The notes under the pieces are model-generated. The model was not told the origin of the DNA, ran no database searches, and worked only from the letters and a program-made list of their open reading frames with translations. A DNA stretch of 64,000 bases. Source: Candidatus Zixiibacteriota bacterium (lineage in GTDB: Bacteria > Zixibacteria > MSB-5A5 > GN15 > JAAZOE01). Shown piece after piece: positions 47,862-56,311 of the stretch (position 1 is its first letter; each line of letters begins with the position of its first letter). The stretch is taken from contig JAGLON010000002.1 of assembly GCA_023138975.1 (NCBI GenBank), forward strand, positions 138,378-202,377, given 5' to 3'. A program made the translations under genes and the position numbers.

Positions 47862-47882
47862 ACTCCAACAGGTAGTTGGAGT
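47862..47882. promoter_or_regulatory. Perfect palindrome, candidate enhancer-binding-protein site (UAS) or hairpin
   Basis: ACTCCAAC-aggta-GTTGGAGT, about 130 bp upstream of the sigma54 -24/-12 element. Confidence 0.3.
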
Positions 47883-48007
47883 AATCCTATACTTTGCTGA
47901 ATTCAATTTGTAATAATCCTGCTTTAAATAAGAAAAATTAAGTCAAAAAGTATCGTAACTCGTTGTATTGCAAGAATATAAAATATCGTCACAATTGAAC
48001 TCTCCGA

Positions 48008-48023
48008 TTGGCACCTGCCTTGC
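48008..48023 (+). promoter_or_regulatory. Sigma54 (-24/-12) promoter
   Basis: TGGCAC-ctgcc-TTGCA matches the consensus TGGCAC-N5-TTGCW exactly. It lies about 50 nt upstream of the ATG at 48074. Confidence 0.6.
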
Positions 48024-48073
48024 AAAAGCATAACTGTGAAAAGATGAAACCTATGTAGAGCAGGCGGGTTTAA

Positions 48074-48289
48074 ATGATGAAAGTCAAGTTTACACTAACT
48101 ATGGATGACGTGATTGTTGAGGATCAGCATCTTGACAATATTATCTTGGGCTGGGAAGAAGAACTCAATCAGGATCAAGTCTTAGAGTTATCGCAAAAAT
48201 GGATAACGTCGAAGAATTTTCTGACCAGCCGAATGATAGGTCTGAGCCACGTCGGAGAATCAAGTTTAACGATTGAACCAGTTGATTAA
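48074..48289 (+). CDS. Small acidic hypothetical protein (71 aa)
   Basis: ORF directly downstream of the sigma54 promoter. No recognisable motif; weak RBS. Confidence 0.35.
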   Translation: MMKVKFTLTMDDVIVEDQHLDNIILGWEEELNQDQVLELSQKWITSKNFLTSRMIGLSHVGESSLTIEPVD

Positions 48290-48332
48290 TTAATTTGCCT
48301 TATGGCCGACTATATGCAGTGAAGGTAGAATA

Positions 48333-48671
48333 ATGAGTATCATTTCAAATATGCAGGCTGAAATCTTCAAGCAGCAAGTGGCTGAGCATCAGGCATTGCT
48401 CGATCCGATTCGCCAGTTTATTTTTGATAATTTCGGTCAGAATGGGCTATACGCGACATACTTGATTGTCGCAGTACTTGCCGGCCTGATAATTTATAAG
48501 CTTATCAAGCTGTCATTCGATGTTATCTTTTTTGTGGCCCTGCCGGCAGCAGTCTCTGCTTTTATATTGGCGCTGTTTTTGCCGTATAATTTCTTCTACT
48601 TGTTACCGGTAACGGCAGCTTTGTTTACTCTTGGGTTGGTGATGAAAAATGTAGGTTTCGCCAAAGGATAG
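48333..48671 (+). CDS. Small membrane protein (112 aa; soluble N-terminus plus about 3 TM helices)
   Basis: GAAGG RBS. Hydrophobic segments LYATYLIVAVLAGLIIYKLI, VIFFVALPAAVSAFILALFL and LLPVTAALFTLGLVM. Confidence 0.5.
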   Translation: MSIISNMQAEIFKQQVAEHQALLDPIRQFIFDNFGQNGLYATYLIVAVLAGLIIYKLIKLSFDVIFFVALPAAVSAFILALFLPYNFFYLLPVTAALFTLGLVMKNVGFAKG

Positions 48672-48703
48672 AAAAGTTCCCCTTCCCAACCCCCTGTGCG
48701 ATA

Positions 48704-48738
48704 AAAGGCTGGTGCGTCTGCGCTGGCCTTTCCTATTT
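48704..48738 (+). terminator. Terminator (plus-strand specific because of G-U pairs)
   Basis: AAAGGCTGGTGC-gtct-GCGCTGGCCTTT forms a 12-bp stem with 3 G-U pairs, followed by a T-rich tract. Confidence 0.45.
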
Positions 48739-48750
48739 GTCCAATGAGAT

Positions 48751-49746
48751 TTATTTTTTAACGATGGTAACTTCACCGGCCAAAAATGTTTTCAGGCCGT
48801 TTTTCGTTTCGACAATTAATCCCCCGCACTCATCAATATCAATTGCTTTACCCGAATATATTGAGCCCTTTCGATTTAGCTTTATCTTTTTCCCTAATAA
48901 ATGCGAATATTTGTCAATCCGTTTTTTTAGTCCTTTTAGACCGGTTTTCCGGAAGAGGAGATAATCTGATTCAAATTGTTTGAGAAACTTTTGTAATAAC
49001 TGTACCCGGTGGATTTTTTCCTTCAACTCTGCCCGTATAGAAGTCGCTGTTTTTCTAATATCTCCGGGGAAGTCCCGGCGTTGATGATTTATATTGATTC
49101 CGACTCCAATGATGGCATGGTGGACATGATCGAGTTCCGATGACAACTCGATTAAAATCCCTGCTGTTTTACGACCGTTAATAAGGCAGTCATTGGGCCA
49201 TTTTAGTCGTACATCAAGTCCATCATATGTGGAAATAGTATCGGCCAGAGAAACGGCGGTCAGTAAAGATAAACCGGGAGCATGAGCAGGATCAATATTT
49301 GGATATACTACGATCGAAATATAAATGCCTTTTTCCTCGGCCGAAAACCAGTTTCGCCCCAAACGACCACGGCCTTTTGTTTGCAACTCCGAAACGATAA
49401 TAGTACCTTCCGGAGCTCTCGCGTCCGCCAATTGTCCTGCCAGAATATTTGTCGATTGTACAGATTTATAGGCATGTACATTTTGACCGATAAATTTGGT
49501 TGCCAGTTTGTTGGTTATTTCCGCTGCCAAAAGCAAATCGGGAGCTGATTTGAACGCCACTTTATCCTTTTTAATAATACTAATCCGATAGCCGCTGACC
49601 CTAAGGAGTTTGGCCGCCGCCGTTATCATTTCCGGTTCAGTTTGCAGTTTTTTTGATAAATAGGAGACAGTATACGGATGCTCCGGTCGTCTCCGGATTA
49701 GCACCAACAACTCATCGGATAGATTATTTATAACTTTCTTAAGCAC
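48751..49746 (-). CDS. birA: Bifunctional biotin--[acetyl-CoA-carboxylase] ligase / biotin operon repressor
   Basis: N-terminal HTH-like region, GRGRLGRNW signature, and a C-terminal SH3-like domain. Confidence 0.85.
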   Translation of the reverse strand: MLKKVINNLSDELLVLIRRRPEHPYTVSYLSKKLQTEPEMITAAAKLLRVSGYRISIIKKDKVAFKSAPDLLLAAEITNKLATKFIGQNVHAYKSVQSTNILAGQLADARAPEGTIIVSELQTKGRGRLGRNWFSAEEKGIYISIVVYPNIDPAHAPGLSLLTAVSLADTISTYDGLDVRLKWPNDCLINGRKTAGILIELSSELDHVHHAIIGVGININHQRRDFPGDIRKTATSIRAELKEKIHRVQLLQKFLKQFESDYLLFRKTGLKGLKKRIDKYSHLLGKKIKLNRKGSIYSGKAIDIDECGGLIVETKNGLKTFLAGEVTIVKK

Positions 49747-50635
49747 TACTTACAATTTTCAGAGAGAAATCCGACGCAGGAGCCGAATGAGTCAGAGCAC
49801 CGATTGAAATATAGTCAACTCCGGTTTGAGATACTTCAGCGACAGTATCCAGAGTTATATTGCCAGAAGCTTCCAGCGTTACACCCGTTCCATTTTCATG
49901 CTCACGGGCCAATGCTACCATCTCCTTGAGATGTTCGGGAGATTTATTGTCGAGAAGAATTCGTTCGACACCGCAATCCAATGTTTCCTTCAATTGCTCC
50001 ATCGTTTCGACTTCGACCTCAATGTCGCAATTGGCAGGATCGGTATGGAAAATTTTCAGATACTTTTCAGATGCCAGGTATTCTCGAACCCGCTCGACAG
50101 CAGAAGTAATGGAACCGACTGCTGCGATATGATTGTCCTTTATCAACACCATATCATAGAGGCCATAGCGATGGTTCTCACCACCTCCGGTAGCAACTGC
50201 GTATTTTTCGATATAGCGGAGTCCCGGAGTCGTTTTCCGCGTATCAAGGATCCGTACTTTATCCGGCCCGGCGGTTTTGACCATTTTATTTGTCAAAGAA
50301 GCGACACCGGATAGATGCATAAGGAAGTTCAACGCTGTGCGTTCAGCTGTAAGAATTGACCGGTACCGGCCGGATACAAGCGCGATTCTGTCACCAGCGG
50401 TAAATGGTTGGCCATCAGTAATAAACGATTCTACCTCGATCTGAGAATCAACTTTGAGGAATGTCAATTCGCACAATGGTAATCCGCAGACAATACCATC
50501 GGACTTAGCGATAATTTCCGCCTCGCCCATAATAGAATCATCGATGGTGGATAGGCTGGTGATGTCTCCGGCGCCAACGTCTTCAAGCAACGCCCCCATC
50601 ACCTGCTGCATCAGGATTTTTTCTCTGCTCGGCAT
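49739..50635 (-). CDS. nadC: Nicotinate-nucleotide diphosphorylase (carboxylating)
   Basis: TRKTTPGLR, GGGENHRYGLYD and LIKDNHI motifs. The stop overlaps the birA start. Confidence 0.9.
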   Translation of the reverse strand: MPSREKILMQQVMGALLEDVGAGDITSLSTIDDSIMGEAEIIAKSDGIVCGLPLCELTFLKVDSQIEVESFITDGQPFTAGDRIALVSGRYRSILTAERTALNFLMHLSGVASLTNKMVKTAGPDKVRILDTRKTTPGLRYIEKYAVATGGGENHRYGLYDMVLIKDNHIAAVGSITSAVERVREYLASEKYLKIFHTDPANCDIEVEVETMEQLKETLDCGVERILLDNKSPEHLKEMVALAREHENGTGVTLEASGNITLDTVAEVSQTGVDYISIGALTHSAPASDFSLKIVSSA

Positions 50636-50746
50636 ATTACTTGATACCGAATGCGAAGATGTTTGTCAATTATAATGTTATCCGAAAAATTAATTTTGCC
50701 AGAGTGGTAAAATAGCTATATTGTCGCCATATAAAAAGAGGTGAGT

Positions 50747-51670
50747 ATGACAAAAAAAGATAGAATAGCTATCATCGGATATGGCTCGCAGGGACAGGCT
50801 CTTGCGCTTAATCTGCGGGATTCAGGGTACAATGTTCGGGTTGGCTTAAGACCTCGTTCAAAATCTCTCGCCATGACAAAAAAAGATAAAATAAAAACAG
50901 CGACAATTCCCGAAGTAATTACTGACGCCAACTTTATCATCATCGCAATTCCCGATCACATTCATGCGGCGGTCATAGATGACAAGTTTTTTTCATTAAT
51001 AAACAAAACGACGGCACTGGTTTTTCTGCATGGTTCTTCAATACATTTCAAACAAGTGACCCCTCCCAAAGAGATGCCGATCTTACTTCTGGCGCCCCAC
51101 GCTCCCGGTGTTGCCGTGCGTGAAAACTATCTTAATAAAGAACCATTCTCTGCCTTCTACTCAGTCCATCAAGGTTCTCTCAAAAAAGGAATAAATAAAT
51201 TGATAGTGTTGGCCAGAGCGATTGGTATTCCCAAGTCACATTTGGTGAAGACTACAATTGGCGATGAGGCTGTCGGTGATTTATTCGGAGAGCAGGCGGT
51301 TCTGTGCGGAGGGCTGGCCCGGATGCTGAAGTTTGGCTTCGAAACGCTCGTTGAGGGAGGCCTGCCAAAACAAAATGCGTATCTCGAAGTAGCCTATCAG
51401 CTTGATCTGATTGTCGAGCTGGTTAAGAAATATGGTCTCGACGGCATGTTAAAACGAATTTCTCCGATGGCTCGCTACGGCTCAGTCATTAACGGTCCGA
51501 ATATTATCCGTCCTCAGGTCAAGAAGGATATGAAGAAAATACTGTCCGAAATCAAGTCCGGCAAGTTTCTAAAGAAGGCTGACAGAACGAAGCTTAAATA
51601 TTCAAAAAAACAATACGAGAAACTGGTAAACAGTGAATTTGATATACAGGTGAAGAAGTTTAAAGTATGA
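50747..51670 (+). CDS. Ketol-acid reductoisomerase-like protein (divergent class I KARI homolog)
   Basis: IAIIGYGSQGQALALNLRDSG Rossmann motif and DLFGEQAVLCGG...GFETLVEGG. Canonical APKxPG is APHAPG here, ECLHELK is EVAYQLD, and xAEYG is MARYG. Start is ATG at 50747 or GTG at 50741. Confidence 0.65.
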   Translation: MTKKDRIAIIGYGSQGQALALNLRDSGYNVRVGLRPRSKSLAMTKKDKIKTATIPEVITDANFIIIAIPDHIHAAVIDDKFFSLINKTTALVFLHGSSIHFKQVTPPKEMPILLLAPHAPGVAVRENYLNKEPFSAFYSVHQGSLKKGINKLIVLARAIGIPKSHLVKTTIGDEAVGDLFGEQAVLCGGLARMLKFGFETLVEGGLPKQNAYLEVAYQLDLIVELVKKYGLDGMLKRISPMARYGSVINGPNIIRPQVKKDMKKILSEIKSGKFLKKADRTKLKYSKKQYEKLVNSEFDIQVKKFKV

Positions 51671-52308
51671 TCTCTGATATAAAGAAACGTACCACCAAGA
51701 TTATCCGTTTACTAAACGATGAGTACCCTGATTCGCGTTGCTCTCTGAAGTATAAAAGTGCGCATCAGCTATTAATTGCGACAATTTTATCGGCTCAAAC
51801 AACTGATGCTCAAGTCAATAAAGTCACGCCATCCCTATTTAAAAAATTCAAAACTACCGAGGATTTTGCCGGGGCTAATATTATTGATATCGAAAATGCG
51901 ATAAAGTCTATTGGTCTGTATCATAACAAGGCGAAATCAATCAAGAATTCCAGTATCGCGATTCTACACGATTTTGGAGGTATAATGCCGGATAAGCTTG
52001 ATGAAATAATCAAGCTGCCCGGTGTCGGGCGCAAGACCGGTTCAGTAGTGTTGGGAACATGGTTTGGCAAGGCCGAGGGAATAGTCGTTGATACCCATGT
52101 CAAACGGATTGCCAGCCTGCTTGGTTTAACTGATGAAAAAGACCCATACAAGGTAGAACTCGATTTGATGAAGATTATAAATAAACGTAATTGGATAAGC
52201 ATTACTCACCTATTGATTGATCACGGTCGGGCCGTTTGTATTGCCCGCCGTCCCCGCTGTGAGGTTTGTGTACTGCAAAATCAATGCCCTTCGGCGTATG
52301 CGCTATAA
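51667..52308 (+). CDS. nth: Endonuclease III
   Basis: HhH-GPD motif LPGVGRKTGSVVL...VDTHV and a C-terminal 4Fe-4S cluster C-x6-C-x2-C-x5-C. Confidence 0.9.
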   Translation: MISDIKKRTTKIIRLLNDEYPDSRCSLKYKSAHQLLIATILSAQTTDAQVNKVTPSLFKKFKTTEDFAGANIIDIENAIKSIGLYHNKAKSIKNSSIAILHDFGGIMPDKLDEIIKLPGVGRKTGSVVLGTWFGKAEGIVVDTHVKRIASLLGLTDEKDPYKVELDLMKIINKRNWISITHLLIDHGRAVCIARRPRCEVCVLQNQCPSAYAL

Positions 52309-52447
52309 ATCATGCAATCCCGAAATTCCGTTTGGCTCAATCGTTTTTAATTGAATAAAAATCAATAATACCGGTATATTCCCTGACTGAAGCAAAGATA
52401 GCTTTGTAAGTGTCTCTAACTTACTGATATAGATACTGGAGGTTGTT

Positions 52448-52873
52448 ATGGATTTAAGCATAGGTGTCTGGGTATGGCTGGCGGCGGCGATTCTTTTTGT
52501 CGTCATTGAGATTTTTGCCCCCGGTTTTATATTCGCCTGTTTTGTTATTGGTTCGATTGCGGCGGGAGTTACCACAGTTTTTACCGATTCCCTGTTGATT
52601 CAAGGAGCTGTTTTTGCAGTAGTCTCAATCGGACTTATTCCGGTTACCCGCCCGTTGGCGAATAAAATCACCAAACCGTCCCCGATAATAAGCAATGTCG
52701 ATGGATTCATCGGTAAAATAGGAATTGTGAAAAAAGAGGTTTCTGAAGTACACGGGCAGATTTTGATAGAAGGTCAGATCTGGCAGGCCCGCGCAGAAAA
52801 CACCTTCCCGATTGACGCCAAAGTGAAGGTCATCAAAGTCGAAGGCGCCAAGTTCTTCGTTGAGGAAGCCTGA
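52448..52873 (+). CDS. NfeD-family membrane protein
   Basis: Two or three N-terminal TM helices plus a C-terminal OB-fold-like segment (GKIGIVKKEV...GQILIEGQIWQARA). Upstream of an SPFH gene, the classic pairing. Confidence 0.75.
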   Translation: MDLSIGVWVWLAAAILFVVIEIFAPGFIFACFVIGSIAAGVTTVFTDSLLIQGAVFAVVSIGLIPVTRPLANKITKPSPIISNVDGFIGKIGIVKKEVSEVHGQILIEGQIWQARAENTFPIDAKVKVIKVEGAKFFVEEA

Positions 52874-52896
52874 TAAATATAAACAAGGAGGATATA

Positions 52897-53835
52897 ATGC
52901 AAGGTACATTAATATTCGTCGGAGCGCTCGTTTTCTTCGCCTTCATTATGGCGATGAAGTCGTTCAAAATTATCCGGCCGTTTGAAAAGGGACTCGTTGA
53001 GCGACTCGGCAAATATCAGAGGACCCTCGGCCCCGGCCTCAATACCATCATGCCGTTCGTTGATTCGATTATCAAAGTTGATATGCGGGAAGTCGTCCTC
53101 GATGTCCCATCGCAGATGGTAATCACCAAGGACAATGTCGGAGTAGAAGTCGATGCTATTATCTATGCTCAGGTTACCGACCCGGCCAGGTCTCGCTACG
53201 AGATTGGCAACTATATCAGAGCCGCGACCAAGTTGGCCCAGACCAATCTTCGTAATATCATTGGCGAGATGGAGCTTGATCAGTCGTTAACTTCGCGCGA
53301 TGTCATCAACGGACAACTCAGAGATGTCCTTGATACTGCCACCGACAAATGGGGTGTCCGCGTTAATCGCGTAGAACTCCAGCGCATCGATCCACCGGCG
53401 GATATCAATCAGGCGATGAGTCAGCAGATGAAAGCGGAACGTTTGAAACGTGCCAACATCCTTGAAGCAGAAGGTATCAAACAATCTGAGATACTTAAGG
53501 CCGAGGGCGAAAAACAGGCTGCCATTCTTGAGGCCGAAGGTAAGGCCGAAGCGATTAAGCGCGTCGCCGATGCTGAAAAGTATCAGGAGATTGCGCTTGC
53601 CGAGGGTGAGGCGCAAGCAACAGTAAACGTCTTTAGCGCTATCCACGAAGGAAAAGCGACCGAAGATGTTGTGGCTATCAAATATCTCGAAACTCTTGCG
53701 AAGATCGCCGACGGTAAAGCTTCTAAAGTCTTCCTGCCGATAGAGGCATCGGGAGTTCTCGGTGCGCTAGGAGGAGCCTTTGAAGCAATCAGTAAAAAAG
53801 GTGGCGCCGGAAAAGTAGTCCAAGCTGACGGATAA
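52897..53835 (+). CDS. SPFH/band-7 (stomatin-like) protein
   Basis: N-terminal TM helix, an SPFH core (TKDNVGVEVDAIIYAQV, RNIIGEMELDQ), and an Ala/Glu-rich coiled coil. Confidence 0.85.
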   Translation: MQGTLIFVGALVFFAFIMAMKSFKIIRPFEKGLVERLGKYQRTLGPGLNTIMPFVDSIIKVDMREVVLDVPSQMVITKDNVGVEVDAIIYAQVTDPARSRYEIGNYIRAATKLAQTNLRNIIGEMELDQSLTSRDVINGQLRDVLDTATDKWGVRVNRVELQRIDPPADINQAMSQQMKAERLKRANILEAEGIKQSEILKAEGEKQAAILEAEGKAEAIKRVADAEKYQEIALAEGEAQATVNVFSAIHEGKATEDVVAIKYLETLAKIADGKASKVFLPIEASGVLGALGGAFEAISKKGGAGKVVQADG

Positions 53836-53860
53836 GATTCTCACATACTAGTATTGAATA

Positions 53861-53890
53861 AAAGGCGGCCGGTTACCGGCCGCCTTTTCT
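53861..53890 (+). terminator. Rho-independent terminator
   Basis: AAAGGCGGCCGG-ttac-CCGGCCGCCTTT forms a perfect 12-bp stem, followed by TCT. Confidence 0.8.
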
Positions 53891-54017
53891 ATTTATATAT
53901 TCTCAGACAATTTCATATTTTCCTGTCGCAATCGCCTAAAAAAACCTATATTATCCGTCTAATTTTTCAGCGCTATTCACATCCGGGTAACGAGTATCAT
54001 ATCAAGGAGGATATACT

Positions 54018-55769
54018 ATGAAAGCTTCATTAAGAATCGTATTTATTCACCTCGCTTTTGCTGTCCTTGCCCTATCTCTTATGGTGTCAATACTTTGCGC
54101 CTCTGAAAACCAGGAAGTCATCCGCTTCGCCGTTATCGGCGATCGCACTTCCGGACATGTCGAGGGTGTCTTCGGTAAAGTCCTGAATCAAATCGAACGG
54201 CTTAAGCCGGAGTTTATCATGTCGGTCGGCGACTATATCGAAGGTCATACTGACGACTCAGTACTGCTCGATCAACGCTGGACTGAGTTCATGGAAATTG
54301 TGGCGGATATTAAAGCGCCAATTTATTATGTTCCCGGCAACAACGATATTGAAAACGATATACAGGAACGGCTCTATGAGAAGTACGCTTCTAAAACCTA
54401 CTATTCATTTGATTACAAACAGATTCATTTTGTGATGATAGACAACAGCCGGTGGGAAAATTCGAAGGATTTACCGCAGGAGCAAATTGAATGGCTAAAG
54501 AAAGATCTTGCTAAAAATAAAGATGCTGGCGTGACGATGGTTTTTATGCATAAACCGTTTTGGTATCGCACTATAGCTGCGGGTGAGAGTGATTTGCTTC
54601 ATGATATTTTCACCGAGTTCGGTGTCGAAGCCGTCTTCTGTGGACATTTTCACAGTTATTTCACTGGTGAGTTCGACGGCATTAAATATACTACCGTCGG
54701 CAGTTCCGGCGGAGGTATGAACCCCGGCATATCTGGTATCGGATACCATTTCTGCTGGGTGACGATCGATAATGAAGGCATCCACATCGCCTCAATTGAT
54801 GAAGGCGCGGTGCGGGCATGGAATGATGTGACGGTCGAACAACTTCGTTTTGTAAACAAGATGAGATTTGACGGTCTTGAAAATAGCAAAGTAGTTGTCT
54901 CCGAATCATTGACCATTCCTGAACAAGAATTTGAATTGTTTATTCATAACTTTTCCGATGCCGTTGCCATCGACGATTCGATATCTTGGAAGATTCCCGA
55001 AAACTGGAAACTGACACCTACTAGTGCTATCGTATCGGTTGCACCGGGGGAGACTCAGCTTTTTGCTTTCACAGCCTCATGTGAGAAGGGTGTCTTCAAT
55101 CTTCCGGTAATGAATGTTGGGATTTCGCTTCACGAAAACAAAATCACACAGTTGAGCCATAATCTTGAGATCGCCCGTCAAGCGGTGGGCATAAAAGCTG
55201 ACGATATAAAAATCGACGGGCTTCTGGATGAAGACTGTTGGTCAAGCCCGGTTACTAAATTAATAGATGGTGAAGGCGGACCGTCCAAGACCGATGACAC
55301 TGAGTTCTACTTTGCCTACGATAATGAAAACCTCTATCTCGCCGCCAAATGTTACGATACTAAAATGGAGAGTATTGTTGCTAATGTAGCTGAGCACGAC
55401 GGGCCAATTTATGGTGAGGATTGCGTTGGATATTTCATTCAGATAAACCCGGACAAGCCTTCGGTCTATCAGATTTATATCAATCCAAAAGGAGTTGTTT
55501 TTGATATAAAATACCATCCCGGCAGTGACGGATACCTGATTTCGGATAAAGGCTGGAACGGTGAATACAGGATAAAATGCGGACAAAATGAAGGATTCTG
55601 GACCGTTGAAGCCGCCATTCCACTCTCTCAATTTAATGCTAAGTATAGCGAGGGCAATAAGATAAAACTTAACTTCCGCCGCAAGCACAAACGGCTAAAT
55701 GAAGCAGGGAACTGGCAAATCCCAATAGATACAAGTCCAAAAACTATGGGAATTTTAAATCTTAACTAA
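54018..55769 (+). CDS. Secreted calcineurin-like metallophosphoesterase with a C-terminal CBM9/DOMON-like domain
   Basis: Signal peptide. Phosphoesterase motifs GDRTSG, VGDYIEG, GNND and GHFH. The C-terminal IKIDGLLDEDCWS...FYFAYDNENLYLAAKCYD is typical of family-9 carbohydrate-binding-like modules. Confidence 0.7.
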   Translation: MKASLRIVFIHLAFAVLALSLMVSILCASENQEVIRFAVIGDRTSGHVEGVFGKVLNQIERLKPEFIMSVGDYIEGHTDDSVLLDQRWTEFMEIVADIKAPIYYVPGNNDIENDIQERLYEKYASKTYYSFDYKQIHFVMIDNSRWENSKDLPQEQIEWLKKDLAKNKDAGVTMVFMHKPFWYRTIAAGESDLLHDIFTEFGVEAVFCGHFHSYFTGEFDGIKYTTVGSSGGGMNPGISGIGYHFCWVTIDNEGIHIASIDEGAVRAWNDVTVEQLRFVNKMRFDGLENSKVVVSESLTIPEQEFELFIHNFSDAVAIDDSISWKIPENWKLTPTSAIVSVAPGETQLFAFTASCEKGVFNLPVMNVGISLHENKITQLSHNLEIARQAVGIKADDIKIDGLLDEDCWSSPVTKLIDGEGGPSKTDDTEFYFAYDNENLYLAAKCYDTKMESIVANVAEHDGPIYGEDCVGYFIQINPDKPSVYQIYINPKGVVFDIKYHPGSDGYLISDKGWNGEYRIKCGQNEGFWTVEAAIPLSQFNAKYSEGNKIKLNFRRKHKRLNEAGNWQIPIDTSPKTMGILNLN

Positions 55770-55836
55770 ATAATACTTGACAAAATTCCGTATAGTTACA
55801 TAGTGCGTATGTGTAAATGCAACTTTGGGAGTATAA

Positions 55837-56202
55837 ATGTATAACGACAAGATAATGGACCACTTTCAGAACCCGCGAAACGCCGGTGAAATTGATAAAG
55901 CTGATGGCGTCGGGACGGTCGGTAACCCTACCTGTGGGGATATCATGACCATATATATTAAAGTAGAAGACGATAAGATCGCCGATATCAAATTCAAGAC
56001 ATTCGGCTGTGGAGCGGCAATTGCTTCATCATCTTTTACAACGGAATTGGTCAAAGGAAAAAATATAGATGACGTCCTCAAATTCACCCGCAACGATGTA
56101 TCGGATGGACTCGGTGGATTACCACCCATCAAGATGCACTGCAGTAATCTGGCAATGGATGCTCTAAAAGAGGCCATTGAGGATTATAGAAAAAAACACT
56201 GA
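55837..56202 (+). CDS. iscU: Fe-S cluster assembly scaffold (IscU/NifU N-terminal type)
   Basis: HFQNPRNAGE, NPTCGD, FGCGAAIASS and MHCS conserved Cys motifs. Confidence 0.9.
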   Translation: MYNDKIMDHFQNPRNAGEIDKADGVGTVGNPTCGDIMTIYIKVEDDKIADIKFKTFGCGAAIASSSFTTELVKGKNIDDVLKFTRNDVSDGLGGLPPIKMHCSNLAMDALKEAIEDYRKKH

Positions 56203-56225
56203 GGGGTTTCGTTTCCGATCTATAA

Positions 56226-56257
56226 AGCCTGCTTCAGAAATTGGCAGGCTTTTTTTA
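56226..56257 (+). terminator. Rho-independent terminator
   Basis: AGCCTGC-ttcagaaattg-GCAGGCT followed by a T7 run. Confidence 0.75.
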
Positions 56258-56311
56258 TGGTTTATAACGATTATTATCATAGGAAACAGGATTTACCTGT
56301 TGTGAAATTTC

